From NCBI GenBank assembly GCA_963699755.1, contig CAVOVB010000001.1:352001-416000 (forward strand): a stretch of 64,000 nucleotides of DNA, given 5' to 3'. This DNA is from an uncultured delta proteobacterium (lineage in GTDB: Bacteria > Myxococcota_A > Polyangia > Polyangiales > Houyiibacteriaceae). The position numbers and the translations under genes were made by a program. Of the stretch, positions 49,260 through 58,353 are shown one piece after another. The number at the start of each line of letters is the position of its first letter. Position 1 is the first letter of the stretch. A model generated the notes under the pieces. It did no database searches and was not told where the DNA came from. It saw only the letters and a program-made list of their open reading frames with translations.

Positions 49260-51209
49260 TTAGCTTCGCAACAAGTCGGTTGCCACCGAGACGAAACGCC
49301 CGGGCAGGGAATGCACATCGGGGAGCAGCATCCAGCCGTGCAACCCGAACATCTGCGTCAGGTACGGCTCGCCTTTGTCTCGTACGGCGAGCGTGAGGCA
49401 ATGAGCGCCCAGCTCCCCGGCCTCTCGAAGCGCCTGGCGCACGTCTTCGACGCCGTAGTGACCCTCGTAGTGATCGTAGTCCGTTGGCTTGGCATCGGTG
49501 AGCAGCAAGATGAGGCGACGGCGCGCCCCACTGCGGCCGAGCACCTCGAGGGCATGCCGAACGGCCGGACCAATGCGCGTGTAACCCACCGGCGCGATCC
49601 CGTGCAACCGTTGCAACCCCAAACGCGTGCTGTCTTGGAACCCTTTGACAAGCAAGAATCGGCAGTCGCGCCTCGTGTTGCTGTAGAACGCGCCGATCGC
49701 AAGCTTGGCGGAGGTAGGCTCGAATGCCTCGGCGAGCACCTGTGTGGAATCGCGGACGACGTCGAAAATCCGTTTGCCCGAGACCCAGGAATCGCTCGAG
49801 AGACTTGCGTCGACCAAGATCAGCATGGCGAGCTCGGAGTCGTGCACCTTTCTGCGGAAGTAGATTCGCGGATCCGGATTCCGGCCCGCCAAGAGCGTCG
49901 CCTGCCGATCGACGAGCGCGTCGATGTCGACTTCGCTGCCGTCGAGCTGACGGTTGCGCCAGCGGCGCTCGAGCTCGAGACGTTTGAGCTCCGCTTGAAG
50001 ACGTAGCACCTCCCCGTGCAGTCGCCGGCTCGCTGCAGCAACACTGGAGAATGAACCGCTTGGTGGTGAGGCTTGCTCGTTGACCGTGCACCAGTCGTCA
50101 CGATACTCGCGTCGCTTGAAATTCCATTCGGGATACCGATGGGCGCGACTCGACGGCGGCTCTTCGTGTAGGTCGGCGGTATGCAAGCCGGCCTGTAGAT
50201 CCGCGCGGTAGACCGATTCGGCCGTCTCCGAGCTTCGCGTGAGCTTGCTCAGCTCCAGCTCGCCGAGCGCCTCCTCGTGTTCGGCGAGCTGATCGGAGCC
50301 ATCGAGCTGCTTGCGTCCGCTCTGATACTCGGTGGCGGTGTGCACCTTCTCGAAGGAATGAACCAGAGGATTGTCTCTGTCTTTCTGAGATTCGAGGTCG
50401 ACGTACTCGACCTCGCTGGGCCGGCCCCGCATCTTTCTTTCGGTGCCGCTCGGTAAGTTGCTGTGAGGGTCCTCTGGAGGCTCGAGGGAAGCATTCCAGG
50501 GCCTGGAATGCGGCAGTAGGAGTCCCCAGGGTGATCGATAGTCATCCTGGGCTCTTCTTTTCGAGAGCTCTTGGAGGCGGCGCTCGAAGTCGGACGACGC
50601 TTGGGAAAGACTCCGTTGGTCGTGTTGAGCTCTTGTCGCATCCACGAGATCCCGCTCTACGACATGCGCTGCGGAGTCGTCCTCCAACGGCTCCGGGTCG
50701 CGGCGCAAGATGGTTCGACACGCATTCGAGAAGCAACGGCTCGCAGCGGTCCGGTCATCGAACGGGAACTGACTGCCGACAGTCTCCGCAGCACGATCGA
50801 CGAGCGACTCGGCCCCGGGATAGCGAGCCTCGATATCTTCGTGGATCCTTGGAATCGCGATCAGCATGGCCAAGGTGCGCCTCTGACTCGACCAGTCTCC
50901 GTCGGCAACGAACCCGAGCTCCGACGCGGTTACCCCGATGACGACACGGTAGAGATAAAAGGAGGCCTGCTCCTCTGGGTCCGCAATCCAGGCGACGCTC
51001 TCGGGTAAGACGAGCCTTTCGGGCCCGGCGCCGCCCATGGCTTTGCCAGAAACGACCTCCCACTTCGCGCCAGTGAGCAGATTGCTCAAGGTCTCGAAGC
51101 GAGCTCTTAGGGACTCGAGCGGAGGCTCGACCTCGGCAGCGGAGCTCTTGCCCGCGACTCGCCGAAACGACCGGTAAAGCCAGGCAAACGCTCGCTGATC
51201 CCATTCCAT
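49260..51209 (-). CDS. norD: Nitric oxide reductase activation protein NorD (VWA domain)
   Basis: YPEWN, DGSEVDIDA, MIDAS DASLSS, YTRIGPAVRH, LLTDAKPTD. Confidence 0.88.
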   Translation of the reverse strand: MEWDQRAFAWLYRSFRRVAGKSSAAEVEPPLESLRARFETLSNLLTGAKWEVVSGKAMGGAGPERLVLPESVAWIADPEEQASFYLYRVVIGVTASELGFVADGDWSSQRRTLAMLIAIPRIHEDIEARYPGAESLVDRAAETVGSQFPFDDRTAASRCFSNACRTILRRDPEPLEDDSAAHVVERDLVDATRAQHDQRSLSQASSDFERRLQELSKRRAQDDYRSPWGLLLPHSRPWNASLEPPEDPHSNLPSGTERKMRGRPSEVEYVDLESQKDRDNPLVHSFEKVHTATEYQSGRKQLDGSDQLAEHEEALGELELSKLTRSSETAESVYRADLQAGLHTADLHEEPPSSRAHRYPEWNFKRREYRDDWCTVNEQASPPSGSFSSVAAASRRLHGEVLRLQAELKRLELERRWRNRQLDGSEVDIDALVDRQATLLAGRNPDPRIYFRRKVHDSELAMLILVDASLSSDSWVSGKRIFDVVRDSTQVLAEAFEPTSAKLAIGAFYSNTRRDCRFLLVKGFQDSTRLGLQRLHGIAPVGYTRIGPAVRHALEVLGRSGARRRLILLLTDAKPTDYDHYEGHYGVEDVRQALREAGELGAHCLTLAVRDKGEPYLTQMFGLHGWMLLPDVHSLPGRFVSVATDLLRS

Positions 51210-51988
51210 CAGAACATCAGATTGGCCAGATCCTGCAAGGCTTCCAACTGCGTACGATCATCGGTGATCGGTTGTACGACCGCCGCGTTGCAGGCAACTC
51301 GGGGCGCGACCCCGCTCGCGATCAGCTTTCCGGCCGTCACGAGAAGTCGAGTTGAGACCGTCTCGGCGAGCTGGAGCTCCTCCATGGTGCGTACCTTGCT
51401 CGCAAACTCCACGAGTCGCTTCGCCGTGCCGTTCTCCAGCTCGGCTTCGTGCGCCACGATTTCGGTTTCGACTTTGGCTTCAGGATAGGAGAACCGGTGC
51501 ACCACGAAGCGCTGCCGGGTGGACGGCCGGAGCTCTTTGAAGCCACGCGCATAGCCCGGATTGAAGCTAGCGACGACCATGAACGTGTCGGGCGCAATCA
51601 GGGTTTCGTCCAGCCGGTCGATGTAGAGCTCGCGTCGATGGTCGGTCAGCGAATGAAGGACCACGATGACGTCTTCACGCGCCTCGATGATCTCGTCGAG
51701 GTAGAGAATGGCGCCCGCTCGCACCGCTCGGGTCACGGGGCCATCCTGCCAAATCGTCTCGGCGCCCCTGATCAAAAAACGCCCAACCAGATCGATCGAC
51801 GAGGTTTCGTCGTGGCAGGCCACTGTAATCAGGGGCAAGTCGAGTTGCGCCGCCATCGCCTCGACGAACCGCGTCTTGCCGCAGCCGGTGGGTCCGGCGA
51901 GCAAGAGCGGTAGCCTTTGCCGATGGGCGTGCTCGAACAGCTCGACCTCTCGGCCGACCGAGCGATACCAGGGTGGGGTCCCGCTCAT
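51209..51988 (-). CDS. norQ: NorQ/CbbQ/NirQ AAA+ ATPase
   Basis: GPTGCGKT, WQDGP, YLDEIIEAR, SFNPGY, STRQRF, STRLL. Confidence 0.92.
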   Translation of the reverse strand: MSGTPPWYRSVGREVELFEHAHRQRLPLLLAGPTGCGKTRFVEAMAAQLDLPLITVACHDETSSIDLVGRFLIRGAETIWQDGPVTRAVRAGAILYLDEIIEAREDVIVVLHSLTDHRRELYIDRLDETLIAPDTFMVVASFNPGYARGFKELRPSTRQRFVVHRFSYPEAKVETEIVAHEAELENGTAKRLVEFASKVRTMEELQLAETVSTRLLVTAGKLIASGVAPRVACNAAVVQPITDDRTQLEALQDLANLMF

Positions 51989-53352
51989 TGCGCCGGAGCC
52001 ACTGCCCTGGTGCCCGTGGGAATCGGCTCCTCAACGTCACCTACGGGCCAGCCATGGCGAATGAAGTTGTAAATGAATGCGAGGATGCCCGACGTGAAGA
52101 GCGTCGCCGCAAGGATGAGCCCGATGAAATGGACCTGCAGCTCCCGCTGAACGTCGAGGAACTCCATCCCCGCGCGACGCTCTAGGTAGACCTGGGCGAC
52201 GCCGGCAATGCCGAACGCAACCGTCATGGCGGTCATGCCGATGTTGGTCGACCAAAACGCATAGATCGCGCTCGGCGTATCGAAGAGCTTGCGACCGGTT
52301 AGTTGCGGCATCGCGTAGCTGATGATCGCCAGGACTAACATCGCGTAAGCGCCCCAAAAAGCCATGTGACCGTGCATCGCGGTCACCAGAGTGCCATGCG
52401 TGTACAGGTTCACCTGCGGAAGTGTATGTGCAATGCCGAGGAAGCCAGCTCCGACAAACGACATGACACAGGTACCCACCGTCCAGAACAAAGCGATTCG
52501 ATTCGGATGGTTTCGACCGCCCTTTCGCGCGAGCGCGAGGCCGTAGATCGCCATGCCCAAGAAGGCGAGCGGCTCGAGCGCGCTGAAGATGCCGCCGATC
52601 CAGAGCCAGTAGTTCGGCGTGCCGATGAAGTAGTAGTGGTGGCCCGTGCCGAGTATGCCGGACAGGAACGTGAAGCCGACGATGACATAGAGCCACTTCT
52701 CGACGATCTCGCGGTCGACGCCGGTGAGCCGGATCAACAGATACGCGAGAATGCCGCCCATGATGAGCTCCCAGACGCCCTCGACCCAGAGGTGGACGAC
52801 CCACCAGCGCCAGAACGCATCGTGTGTCTGATGATCGGTCGGGATCATGCCCGGCAGGTAGAGGACTGCTGCCATCAGGAGGCCGAAGAAGAGCACGATC
52901 GAGGTCGTGGTCATCTTGGGAGCCTTCCAAATCGTCATGCCAATGTTGGCGACGAACAAGAGCACGTCGACGACGACGAGGTAGTCGAGAGGACGCGGAA
53001 TTTCGAGGAACTTGCGCCCTTCCCACCAGTTGAAGTGGAAACCGAAGATCGCCGTGACGCCGACAATCACGAACGCAATCAATTGTACGTACGCGAGCTT
53101 GGGCCAGTAGAGAGGCCGCTCACATTCATCCGGAATGATGTAATACGCGGCGCCCATGAAGCCCGCCAAGAGCCACATCACCAAAAGGTTGTTGTGCGAC
53201 GCGCGCGCGACGTTGAAGGGCACCCAGGGATGCAGCCCGTCCAAGCCGACGTGCGCAAACGCCATGATGAACCCGTACACCAGCTGCAGGCCCAGCAAGA
53301 GCATGCAGGTCGCGAAAAACCAGTACGCTACTTTTTGTGATTCGTACTTCAT
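51985..53352 (-). CDS. norB: cNOR large subunit NorB
   Basis: WWVVHLWVEGVWE, GTGHHYY, SALEP, HGHMAFWG. Confidence 0.95.
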   Translation of the reverse strand: MKYESQKVAYWFFATCMLLLGLQLVYGFIMAFAHVGLDGLHPWVPFNVARASHNNLLVMWLLAGFMGAAYYIIPDECERPLYWPKLAYVQLIAFVIVGVTAIFGFHFNWWEGRKFLEIPRPLDYLVVVDVLLFVANIGMTIWKAPKMTTTSIVLFFGLLMAAVLYLPGMIPTDHQTHDAFWRWWVVHLWVEGVWELIMGGILAYLLIRLTGVDREIVEKWLYVIVGFTFLSGILGTGHHYYFIGTPNYWLWIGGIFSALEPLAFLGMAIYGLALARKGGRNHPNRIALFWTVGTCVMSFVGAGFLGIAHTLPQVNLYTHGTLVTAMHGHMAFWGAYAMLVLAIISYAMPQLTGRKLFDTPSAIYAFWSTNIGMTAMTVAFGIAGVAQVYLERRAGMEFLDVQRELQVHFIGLILAATLFTSGILAFIYNFIRHGWPVGDVEEPIPTGTRAVAPAQ

Positions 53353-54050
53353 AGCCCGCCCTCGCGTTGCTTGGAGAGAAAGATGACCACTTCATTGCGT
53401 TGCTGCTCGGTGAGCCCGAGCGTCGGCATGGTGGTGCCGGGCTTCACGGCCTGGGGGTCGGTGATCCACCTCATCAGGTAGCCTCGATCGAAGCGGTCAC
53501 CCACGAAGTCGAGTGCCGGTCCAATGGCGCCGCCAACCCCGCCCAGGGAGTGGCACGCAGTGCAAACCTGAGAAAAGATCTCCGGTCGCTCGCCGCCAGG
53601 GATCGGAATGGGCGCCGCGCCCGCCAAACCGATCGTGGGTTTCGGAGGAAAGCCGTTGAGGTCCATTCGGCCGATCCACTCGAAGAATGCGTTCATGTCG
53701 TCGATCTGGGCTTCGCTGAAGTCGTACTTCACCATCCGACGCTGCCCGGGATAGACCGCCTCGGGGTCCCGGAGCATCTGAGCGATGAAGGCTGGCCCGC
53801 GACGCTCGTAGACACGCGTCAGCTCGGGCGCGTAGTACGCCCCCTCGCCGAGTAGCGTGTGACAGCCCATGCAGTTGTTGTCCTCCCAGAGCTGCTTGCC
53901 TCGTGCGACCGATTCGGTCAGCTCGCTCGAGTTGGTCTGAGCTGGGATGCGTTGGAACGTGTCGACCGTGAGCCAAATGAAAACCGCACTGAAAAGTAAC
54001 GTTCCAGACAAAAAGAACGCGCGCGCCGCAGACTTCGACAGCATGGTCAC
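53349..54050 (-). CDS. norC: cNOR cytochrome c subunit NorC with a second C-terminal haem c domain
   Basis: TM anchor; NNCMGCHTLLGEGAYYAPEL...RRM; second domain CTACH...GPAL...PGTTMP. Confidence 0.9.
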   Translation of the reverse strand: MTMLSKSAARAFFLSGTLLFSAVFIWLTVDTFQRIPAQTNSSELTESVARGKQLWEDNNCMGCHTLLGEGAYYAPELTRVYERRGPAFIAQMLRDPEAVYPGQRRMVKYDFSEAQIDDMNAFFEWIGRMDLNGFPPKPTIGLAGAAPIPIPGGERPEIFSQVCTACHSLGGVGGAIGPALDFVGDRFDRGYLMRWITDPQAVKPGTTMPTLGLTEQQRNEVVIFLSKQREGGL

Positions 54051-54160
54051 CTCCTCTCCTCATAAAGATTGGTGAATCCTTCTTTAGAGACCGCGGTCTC
54101 CAGACGATCGGGCCGGATGCTAGTGGGGGCGCGCGCAACTGCAAGTCCGATTGGTGCGTG

Positions 54161-54175
54161 GCGCAAACTTTGCGC
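54161..54175. promoter_or_regulatory. Palindromic putative operator upstream of norC
   Basis: Perfect 7-1-7 IR GCGCAAA-C-TTTGCGC about 110 nt upstream of the start. Confidence 0.4.
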
Positions 54176-54247
54176 GTGTGGGAAACGCGAGTCCATCCTC
54201 ATCTGTGGGCGTCGTTTCGAGCTCCTGGCACAAACCGCGACCCGTCC

Positions 54248-55010
54248 GAAGAGCAAACGCTCCCGCGACGAGGCTGCTTACGATTCGGACCCGCGGCGTC
54301 AGGAACGCTTTGACTTGAAGAGGTCCGCGCTCTCTTGCACCAGCGCTAAGAAGACGGCGCCGAGGCCGCCGAGACGCAACGAACGCACCGGTCCCATGGC
54401 TCCACCCCTGAGGTGAGCGCGGTCAACAAGCCCAAGCGTCGTCGAGCTCGGGGGGTGCTCGAGCGGGCGCAAGCTCGACCGGGTGCGCAGGGAGACCGAG
54501 ATGGCGGAGGATTCCGCGGATGGCGCTCGACAGCATGATGGCGGCCACGAAACGCAGCCGGCCACTGCAGTTGGGGCACTCGAGGACATCGATGTCGAGG
54601 CCGCGGCGCATCAGCTCGGCCAAGGTACGATCGTAGGAGCCGGCGACCTTCCTCGGGCTGCTTGCCGATGATGCGCCGTCGACGCGCAGCCGTCCAAAGT
54701 CCATGACCTCGCGACGCCACTTGGCGTTCGGCGCGAGCATGCCGTGATAAACGATGAGGTTGAAGTAGGGCCGCGGAATCATCGCGGCGAGCTTTTCGAG
54801 TAGCTCCAGGGGCTGAAGGGCAAGGTGGCTAGTCCCATCGCGCCATGGTGTCTTGGGTCGGAGGAGCACGGTTCCAGCAGGTGTAAGGGACAAACGGTCC
54901 TCGGCGACCGCGGCCGCAAGAGATATCGGCAAAGGGGCTCCAGCTTGGAGCGGTTCTTCGCACGGACAGACGTGTTGGCGTGAAGGTCCACGACCACAGG
55001 ACCGCATCAA
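54248..55010 (-). mobile_element. IS91/ISCR-family (Y2) transposase 3' remnant with oriIS-like end
   Basis: DLHAN, LCRYLLRP (frameshift), PWRDGT, IPRP...YHGMLAPNAKWR, CPNC, PARAPP; GCGTTTGCTCTTC about 165 nt downstream. Confidence 0.78.
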
Positions 55011-55292
55011 GACTCGTGCTGGGGTTCGCCCCTGCGTTTTCCACGCGTCTCCGATCGATCGCGCTGAAGCGAGGTGGCGGACAGCGTCGGAAAGCTGGCG
55101 GCCGCTACCCTCGGCACATGCGTGGCCTTGGTCTCACCGAAGCCCCAGCCGCGAGCGTGGCGAAGGCGTCGCCGGCGGCAGGAGTGTCTGATTGATGCCT
55201 AACCCAAAAACAAATGCGTCGCTAAATAGCCCATGTCATGCCGAAGATGACATGTGCGCATGGGAGAATGAACCCCGAACGAACGCCCCACC

Positions 55293-56104
55293 CTACACCA
55301 CCTTCGCAAACCCCCTATCCACCAGCTCCTGATTGAGGTACCGCCCCTTCAAGAACGTCTGCTCAATCCCGCGGTTGTTAAACACGTAGAACACGTGCGC
55401 CACGTAGCGGCCGTGCAAATCGGTCTTTACGGTTTTGATGACGATGGAGCGAGCGACTGCGAGTTGTTCGCGGACGTAGCGGCGGCCACGGGCGCCTTCG
55501 GGGGCGTCGATGCGGGCGAGGCGGATGCGCTGGCGGCGGATGACTTCGAAGCCTAGGTCGATGTCGAGGAGCAGGGTGTCGGCGTCGATGATGTCGCGGG
55601 GCTCGGCTTTGTAGAGGTAGCTTGGGTCGCTGGGGCGGGGGAGCTCGACGGGGGTGCCCGGCTTGCGGGTGATTGCGTCGGTGTAGCGGTTGCCGTTGAT
55701 GGCGACGGTGAGGCGTTTGGCGGAGAGGGTGTCGTCGAGGGCGAGGTCTTCGTAGAAGGCGCGCTCGTCGGGATCTTGGAGCTGCATGAGGACGCGGTAG
55801 TGGGCCCAGGTCAGACCTTGGACGCGCGGGGGGCGTCGGTAGGTTCGGTAGAAGATCACGTGCGTTGGAGGGTGCAAACGCCGATGTCAAGATCGGCGCT
55901 GAGGTCGGTGAGGATGGCGTTGTGGTAGCCGGCTTGGGCGTTGAGCTTCTCTTGGGCGATGCGCTTGCCGATGGCCCAGTAGCTCTCGATCAGCGCCTGG
56001 GTCGCGGCGCGCTCGGCCTCCTCTTTGCCTTCGACGATCATGCGACGGAGGTCGGTGAGGAGCCTCTGGTAGTCGCGTTTGCTCAGGGTGGTGGCTCGGC
56101 GCAT
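55293..56104 (-). pseudogene. DUF1016 N-terminal domain fused to a thermonuclease (SNase)-like domain, split by a frameshift near 55860
   Basis: YWAIGKRI / LTWAHYRVL...ERAFYE (YhcG-N); IIDADTL, RIRLARIDAPE, DLHGRYVA, LNQELVDRGFA (SNase). Confidence 0.72.
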
Positions 56105-56180
56105 TACATCTCTTCCCTAAAGGACGAGATTATCATCATTTGAGCTCGGTGGCGGGTCGGTTCAAGCTTGCCGAGGAGAA

Positions 56181-56678
56181 ATGGCTTCGTACTTGGAACT
56201 CGGTCCCGGCTACGGATCGGCCGAAGACGAGGGCTTCGTCGTGAAGCACCGCGCGCGCTGCCATTGCGGGGCGGTTCGCTACGAAGTCTGTGCAGACCCG
56301 GTTGATGCGAAGATCTGCCATTGCCGCGCCTGCCAGGTGTTGCATGGAGCGCCGATGCAATGGGCGGCCATCTTTCACAAGCGTGATGTGCGGCTCGTCG
56401 CTGGACTCGAGGCGCTGCGCTTCTACAACGGCGAGCTCGACCGGCCCAAGAGAGTGTTGCCCTGTAAGGTGAGCTGCGCGCGTTGCGGCACGCTCATCGC
56501 AGACGAAGGGCGCAGCATGTGGCTGGCGTTCCCGACGCTCTTCGACTTCGGGGCGCCTCCGCAAGTGCCCGACACCTTCCGCCCCACCTGCCACATCTTC
56601 TACGCCACGCGCGCGATAGATATGGACGACGGCCTACCGAGGTGGTCGGGACACAAGAACGAATCGACGTTGCTTTGA
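56181..56678 (+). CDS. GFA (CENP-V) family protein
   Basis: CHCGAV, CHCRAC, CARCG, PTCHIF; GAGGAG RBS. Confidence 0.9.
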   Translation: MASYLELGPGYGSAEDEGFVVKHRARCHCGAVRYEVCADPVDAKICHCRACQVLHGAPMQWAAIFHKRDVRLVAGLEALRFYNGELDRPKRVLPCKVSCARCGTLIADEGRSMWLAFPTLFDFGAPPQVPDTFRPTCHIFYATRAIDMDDGLPRWSGHKNESTLL

Positions 56679-56798
56679 GCTGCGCAGCGAGCGACTGAGA
56701 CCCCACAAGCCATGACCAGAAACGGCAGATCGGTTTCGAGACGCTGTGCGATGGGCCCTCGGTGGCGAGGAGCCCGCGGAGCGCTTCTTCGTACTCAT

Positions 56799-56920
56799 CG
56801 GCCGTAGGGATTTTCGTTCCTGGGCGAGCGCCCCCGCGGCGAGCGACCGAGGCGCACTTGCGTGCGCCGCAGGGAGCGAGCGAGGAGGTAAGCCGGCCAG
56901 GGGCGAAAACACCCCGGCCG
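56799..56920. repeat. 122-bp hairpin-forming REP/MITE-like element
   Basis: Arms CGGCCG/CGGCCG, GGG/CCC, TTTCG/CGAAA, CCTGG/CCAGG; inner stem GGCGCAC/GTGCGCC. Confidence 0.6.
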
Positions 56921-56921
56921 A

Positions 56922-56965
56922 TGGTGGGCCATCCTGGACTCGAATCAGGAGCCAATGGGTTAAGA
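56922..56965 (-). other. 3' half of tRNA-Lys(CTT), degenerate; att-like site
   Basis: rc TCTTAA-CCCAT-TGGCT-CCTGA-TTCGAGT-CCAGG-ATGGCCC-ACCA: anticodon loop to CCA; one T-stem mismatch; no 5' half. Confidence 0.7.
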
Positions 56966-57242
56966 AAAGCGATCGGCCTGTCGCTTTCCCCTGTGAGACG
57001 CGAGATTTTAGGAAATTGGCGAGACACCTGGTGTCGCAGAACGACAGGAAACGACACTCGAACCTCGGCCGTCACACCGAATATGACACCAACATCGGGC
57101 ACACGGCAGCTCGGCGTGCCCGGCTCACCAAGGCGCTCTCCCGACACACGGGACCTTTCGGTGAGCCCGATTGCACAGAACTAGATGTTAGGTCGCGTGG
57201 GGCGCGAAACTGAAAGGGCGTTGGTTCTTCCTAGGTTCTCAC

Positions 57243-58343
57243 TCACTGATGGGGGTCGTCGGTGCGCTTCGATTCGAAGTCCGGGGGAGGGGGACTCCCT
57301 ATCCAGCCGCGGCGTTTGAAGTAGAACGCCATTCCGACCGCCACGCTGATCATCACGCCCCAGACGACGAAGTAGCCATTCCGACTTCGCAATTCGGGCA
57401 TGTACTCGAAGTTCATGCCGTAGATGCCTGCGACGAACGTGAGCGGGATGAACGTGCTCGCCATCAAGGTGAGTACCTTCATGATCTCGTTCGTACGATG
57501 GCTGACGTTCGACAGATAGGCGTCCGCCAGGTCGGAGGCCATGTCTCTCGATGAATCGATGAGCTCGGCAATCTGCGCGATGTGGTCGTACGTATCACGG
57601 AGGTAGACGCGTTCTTGCTCGCCGAAAAACGTGCTTTGTTCACGGAGCATAGCGTTGAGCGCCTCCCGTTGAGGCCAGGCGACCCTCCGCAGCACGACCA
57701 GCTTGCGTCGGAGCGCCCGAATGCGATCGAGGACGTCAGGGTGAGGGTTCTCGAGCACGAGCTCTTCGAGCTCTTCGAGCCCGTCGGAAAGGCCTTGAAC
57801 GATCGGGTAGTAGCGGTCGATCATCGCGTCCATGAGTGCGTAGGCAAGATAGCCCGGACCCCTCGAACGGATCGCTCCGAGGCCGGCGGTGATCCGCTCA
57901 CGAATCGGATCGAAGAATCCGAAGTACCGCTCCTGGAACGTGAGCAGATAGTGTTTGCCGACGATGAAACAGACTTGGGGAGTCCGCACGTTCCCGTGAT
58001 CGTCCACGCGAGGCGTGCGTGCGATGATCAACTGGTGATTTTCGTACAACTCGGTTTTCGCCCGTTGCGGCACGTTCACAGCGTTCTCGAGCGCCAAGGG
58101 ATGCAGGCCGAACGTGTCACCAATTGTGCGAATGGTCGCCTCGTCGCCCAGCCCCTGCACGTCGATCCAAGTCGTTCGACCGTCGTCCTGCAGCGCCTTC
58201 AGCTCGGAGGGGCTCTGGATTTCAATTCGCTCGACCGAGTGTTCGTCGTATCGAACCACCGCGATCTTCGGAAACGGAGAGCCAGGTGGGATCGCCAATG
58301 TCCCGGGGCGTGAGCCAATTTCGGGGTTGTGCTTCTCGAACAA
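57243..58343 (-). CDS. corA: Magnesium/cobalt transporter CorA
   Basis: WIDVQGL, LHPLALE, QRAK, TFQER, NEIMKVLT, GIYGMNF, MPEL; TTG start with GAGG RBS inferred. Confidence 0.93.
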   Translation of the reverse strand: MFEKHNPEIGSRPGTLAIPPGSPFPKIAVVRYDEHSVERIEIQSPSELKALQDDGRTTWIDVQGLGDEATIRTIGDTFGLHPLALENAVNVPQRAKTELYENHQLIIARTPRVDDHGNVRTPQVCFIVGKHYLLTFQERYFGFFDPIRERITAGLGAIRSRGPGYLAYALMDAMIDRYYPIVQGLSDGLEELEELVLENPHPDVLDRIRALRRKLVVLRRVAWPQREALNAMLREQSTFFGEQERVYLRDTYDHIAQIAELIDSSRDMASDLADAYLSNVSHRTNEIMKVLTLMASTFIPLTFVAGIYGMNFEYMPELRSRNGYFVVWGVMISVAVGMAFYFKRRGWIGSPPPPDFESKRTDDPHQ

Positions 58344-58353
58344 AGGTGCCTCT

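Noticed and set aside
56922..57000. Functional tRNA gene
   Set aside because: No D-arm or 5' acceptor strand, and the T-stem has a mismatch
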